This document shows, in pieces, positions 63,385 to 64,000 of a DNA stretch of 64,000 nt. Each line of letters begins with the position of its first letter. Positions within the stretch are counted from its first letter, which is position 1. This stretch comes from Lama glama (taxonomy: Eukaryota). A model generated the notes under the pieces. The model was not told where the DNA came from and did not search any database. It saw nothing but the letters and a program-made list of their open reading frames with translations. Where the stretch lies: NCBI GenBank assembly GCA_028534125.1, contig CM052825.1:2418001-2482000 (forward strand), read 5' to 3'. A program made the position numbers and the translations under genes.

Positions 63385-63546
63385 GGGTGAGCAAGGTGGT
63401 GACGGTGGACGTGAAGGGGAGCTGGCGGCACTGGCTGAAGGTGCGGGACCTCACCAAGGGGGTGACCTACTTCTTCCGGGTGCAAGCGCGGACCATCGCC
63501 TACGGGCCCGAGCTACAGGCCAACGTCACGGCCGGGCCGGCCGAGG
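63385..63546 (+). CDS. SDK1: SDK1 coding exon (FN3 ~12 second half: G-VSKVVTVDVKGSWRHWLKVRDLTKGVTYFFRVQAR...TAGPAE)
   Basis: ccccag|GG GTG AGC ... GCC GAG G|gtgagt. 162 bp = 2 nt + 53 codons + 1 nt. Peptide in ORF 63240..63791(+). Confidence 0.96.
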
Positions 63547-64000
63547 GTGAGTCCCGCGTCTGTCCTGCGGGGGGCTGGTCCACACCGCAGCGAGCCGCGA
63601 GGCCGGCCCAGCCCGCACCAACGCAGGGCCTTCCCACGCCGCCTCCAGGCGCGCGTGTTCACACCGACGTCTGCAGGGGGCCTTGTTCAGTGCAGATGAG
63701 CGACTTCCCTGGTGCGAAGCCCGTGACGTCGGTGGCTGTTTTCAAATACAAAGAATTAGGAGAAAATAAGTGCATGAAAGGTTTTAAATAAGAGGCGTAA
63801 GAAAAATTTTAAAGTTCTCACATCGTGAAGAGGAGCCCGTAGCTTCCCACTTCACAAACGACCTTGACCTTTGTTTAAATCTGCCTGGAGGCCAGGACAG
63901 CGGGTCAGACGCGCAGGACGCTGCTGCCCGCGGCCGGGACGCCTTCACGCCACATCGCGCTCTGTTCCTTAATTGCAGTGTAGTGACCCACGGCGTTGTG

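Noticed and set aside
6003-63546. Two divergently transcribed sidekick paralogs, or an antisense gene
   Set aside because: The two exon sets encode non-overlapping, consecutive parts of one SDK1 ectodomain, and neither has a first exon or start. The strand switch falls exactly at a fixed-size gap.
6003-63546. SDK1 pseudogene
   Set aside because: All 15 exons keep open frames, matching phases and valid splice sites.
1-64000. The many other Pro/Gly/Arg/Ala-rich ORFs, such as 6239-7066, 38526-39410, 45072-45833, 49801-50607 and 53227-54078
   Set aside because: They are expected by chance in GC-rich DNA with few stop codons and show no recognisable domains. Several are simply antisense to real exons or overlap repeats.

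Overview
This is GC/CpG-rich mammalian genomic DNA, probably a cetartiodactyl judging by a Tigger1a_Art-like MITE and an artiodactyl-type L1 3' end. It lies entirely inside SDK1 (sidekick cell adhesion molecule 1). Fifteen coding exons for FN3 repeats ~5-12 can be traced with exact splice sites and matching phases. Five exons (6003-18504) are on the minus strand and ten (26419-63546) are on the plus strand. The minus-strand block (3771-24578) is bounded by two gaps of exactly 500 N, and the FN3-8 coding segment that should join the two parts is absent. This is best explained as a mis-oriented contig plus missing sequence in a Hi-C-style scaffold, not a real inversion. Points of biological interest are a GC-AG intron, a 60-nt frame-preserving exon that looks like an internal duplication and has a YGCY-rich acceptor, a ~440-bp foreign insert splitting an MLT1 LTR, and old L1 remnants shifted toward GC. 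Introns carry ordinary mammalian repeats. I found no support for a novel multi-gene system, CRISPR array or RNA gene. Almost all listed ORFs are chance ORFs. Repeat family names and human comparisons come from recall of consensus sequences, not from database searches.
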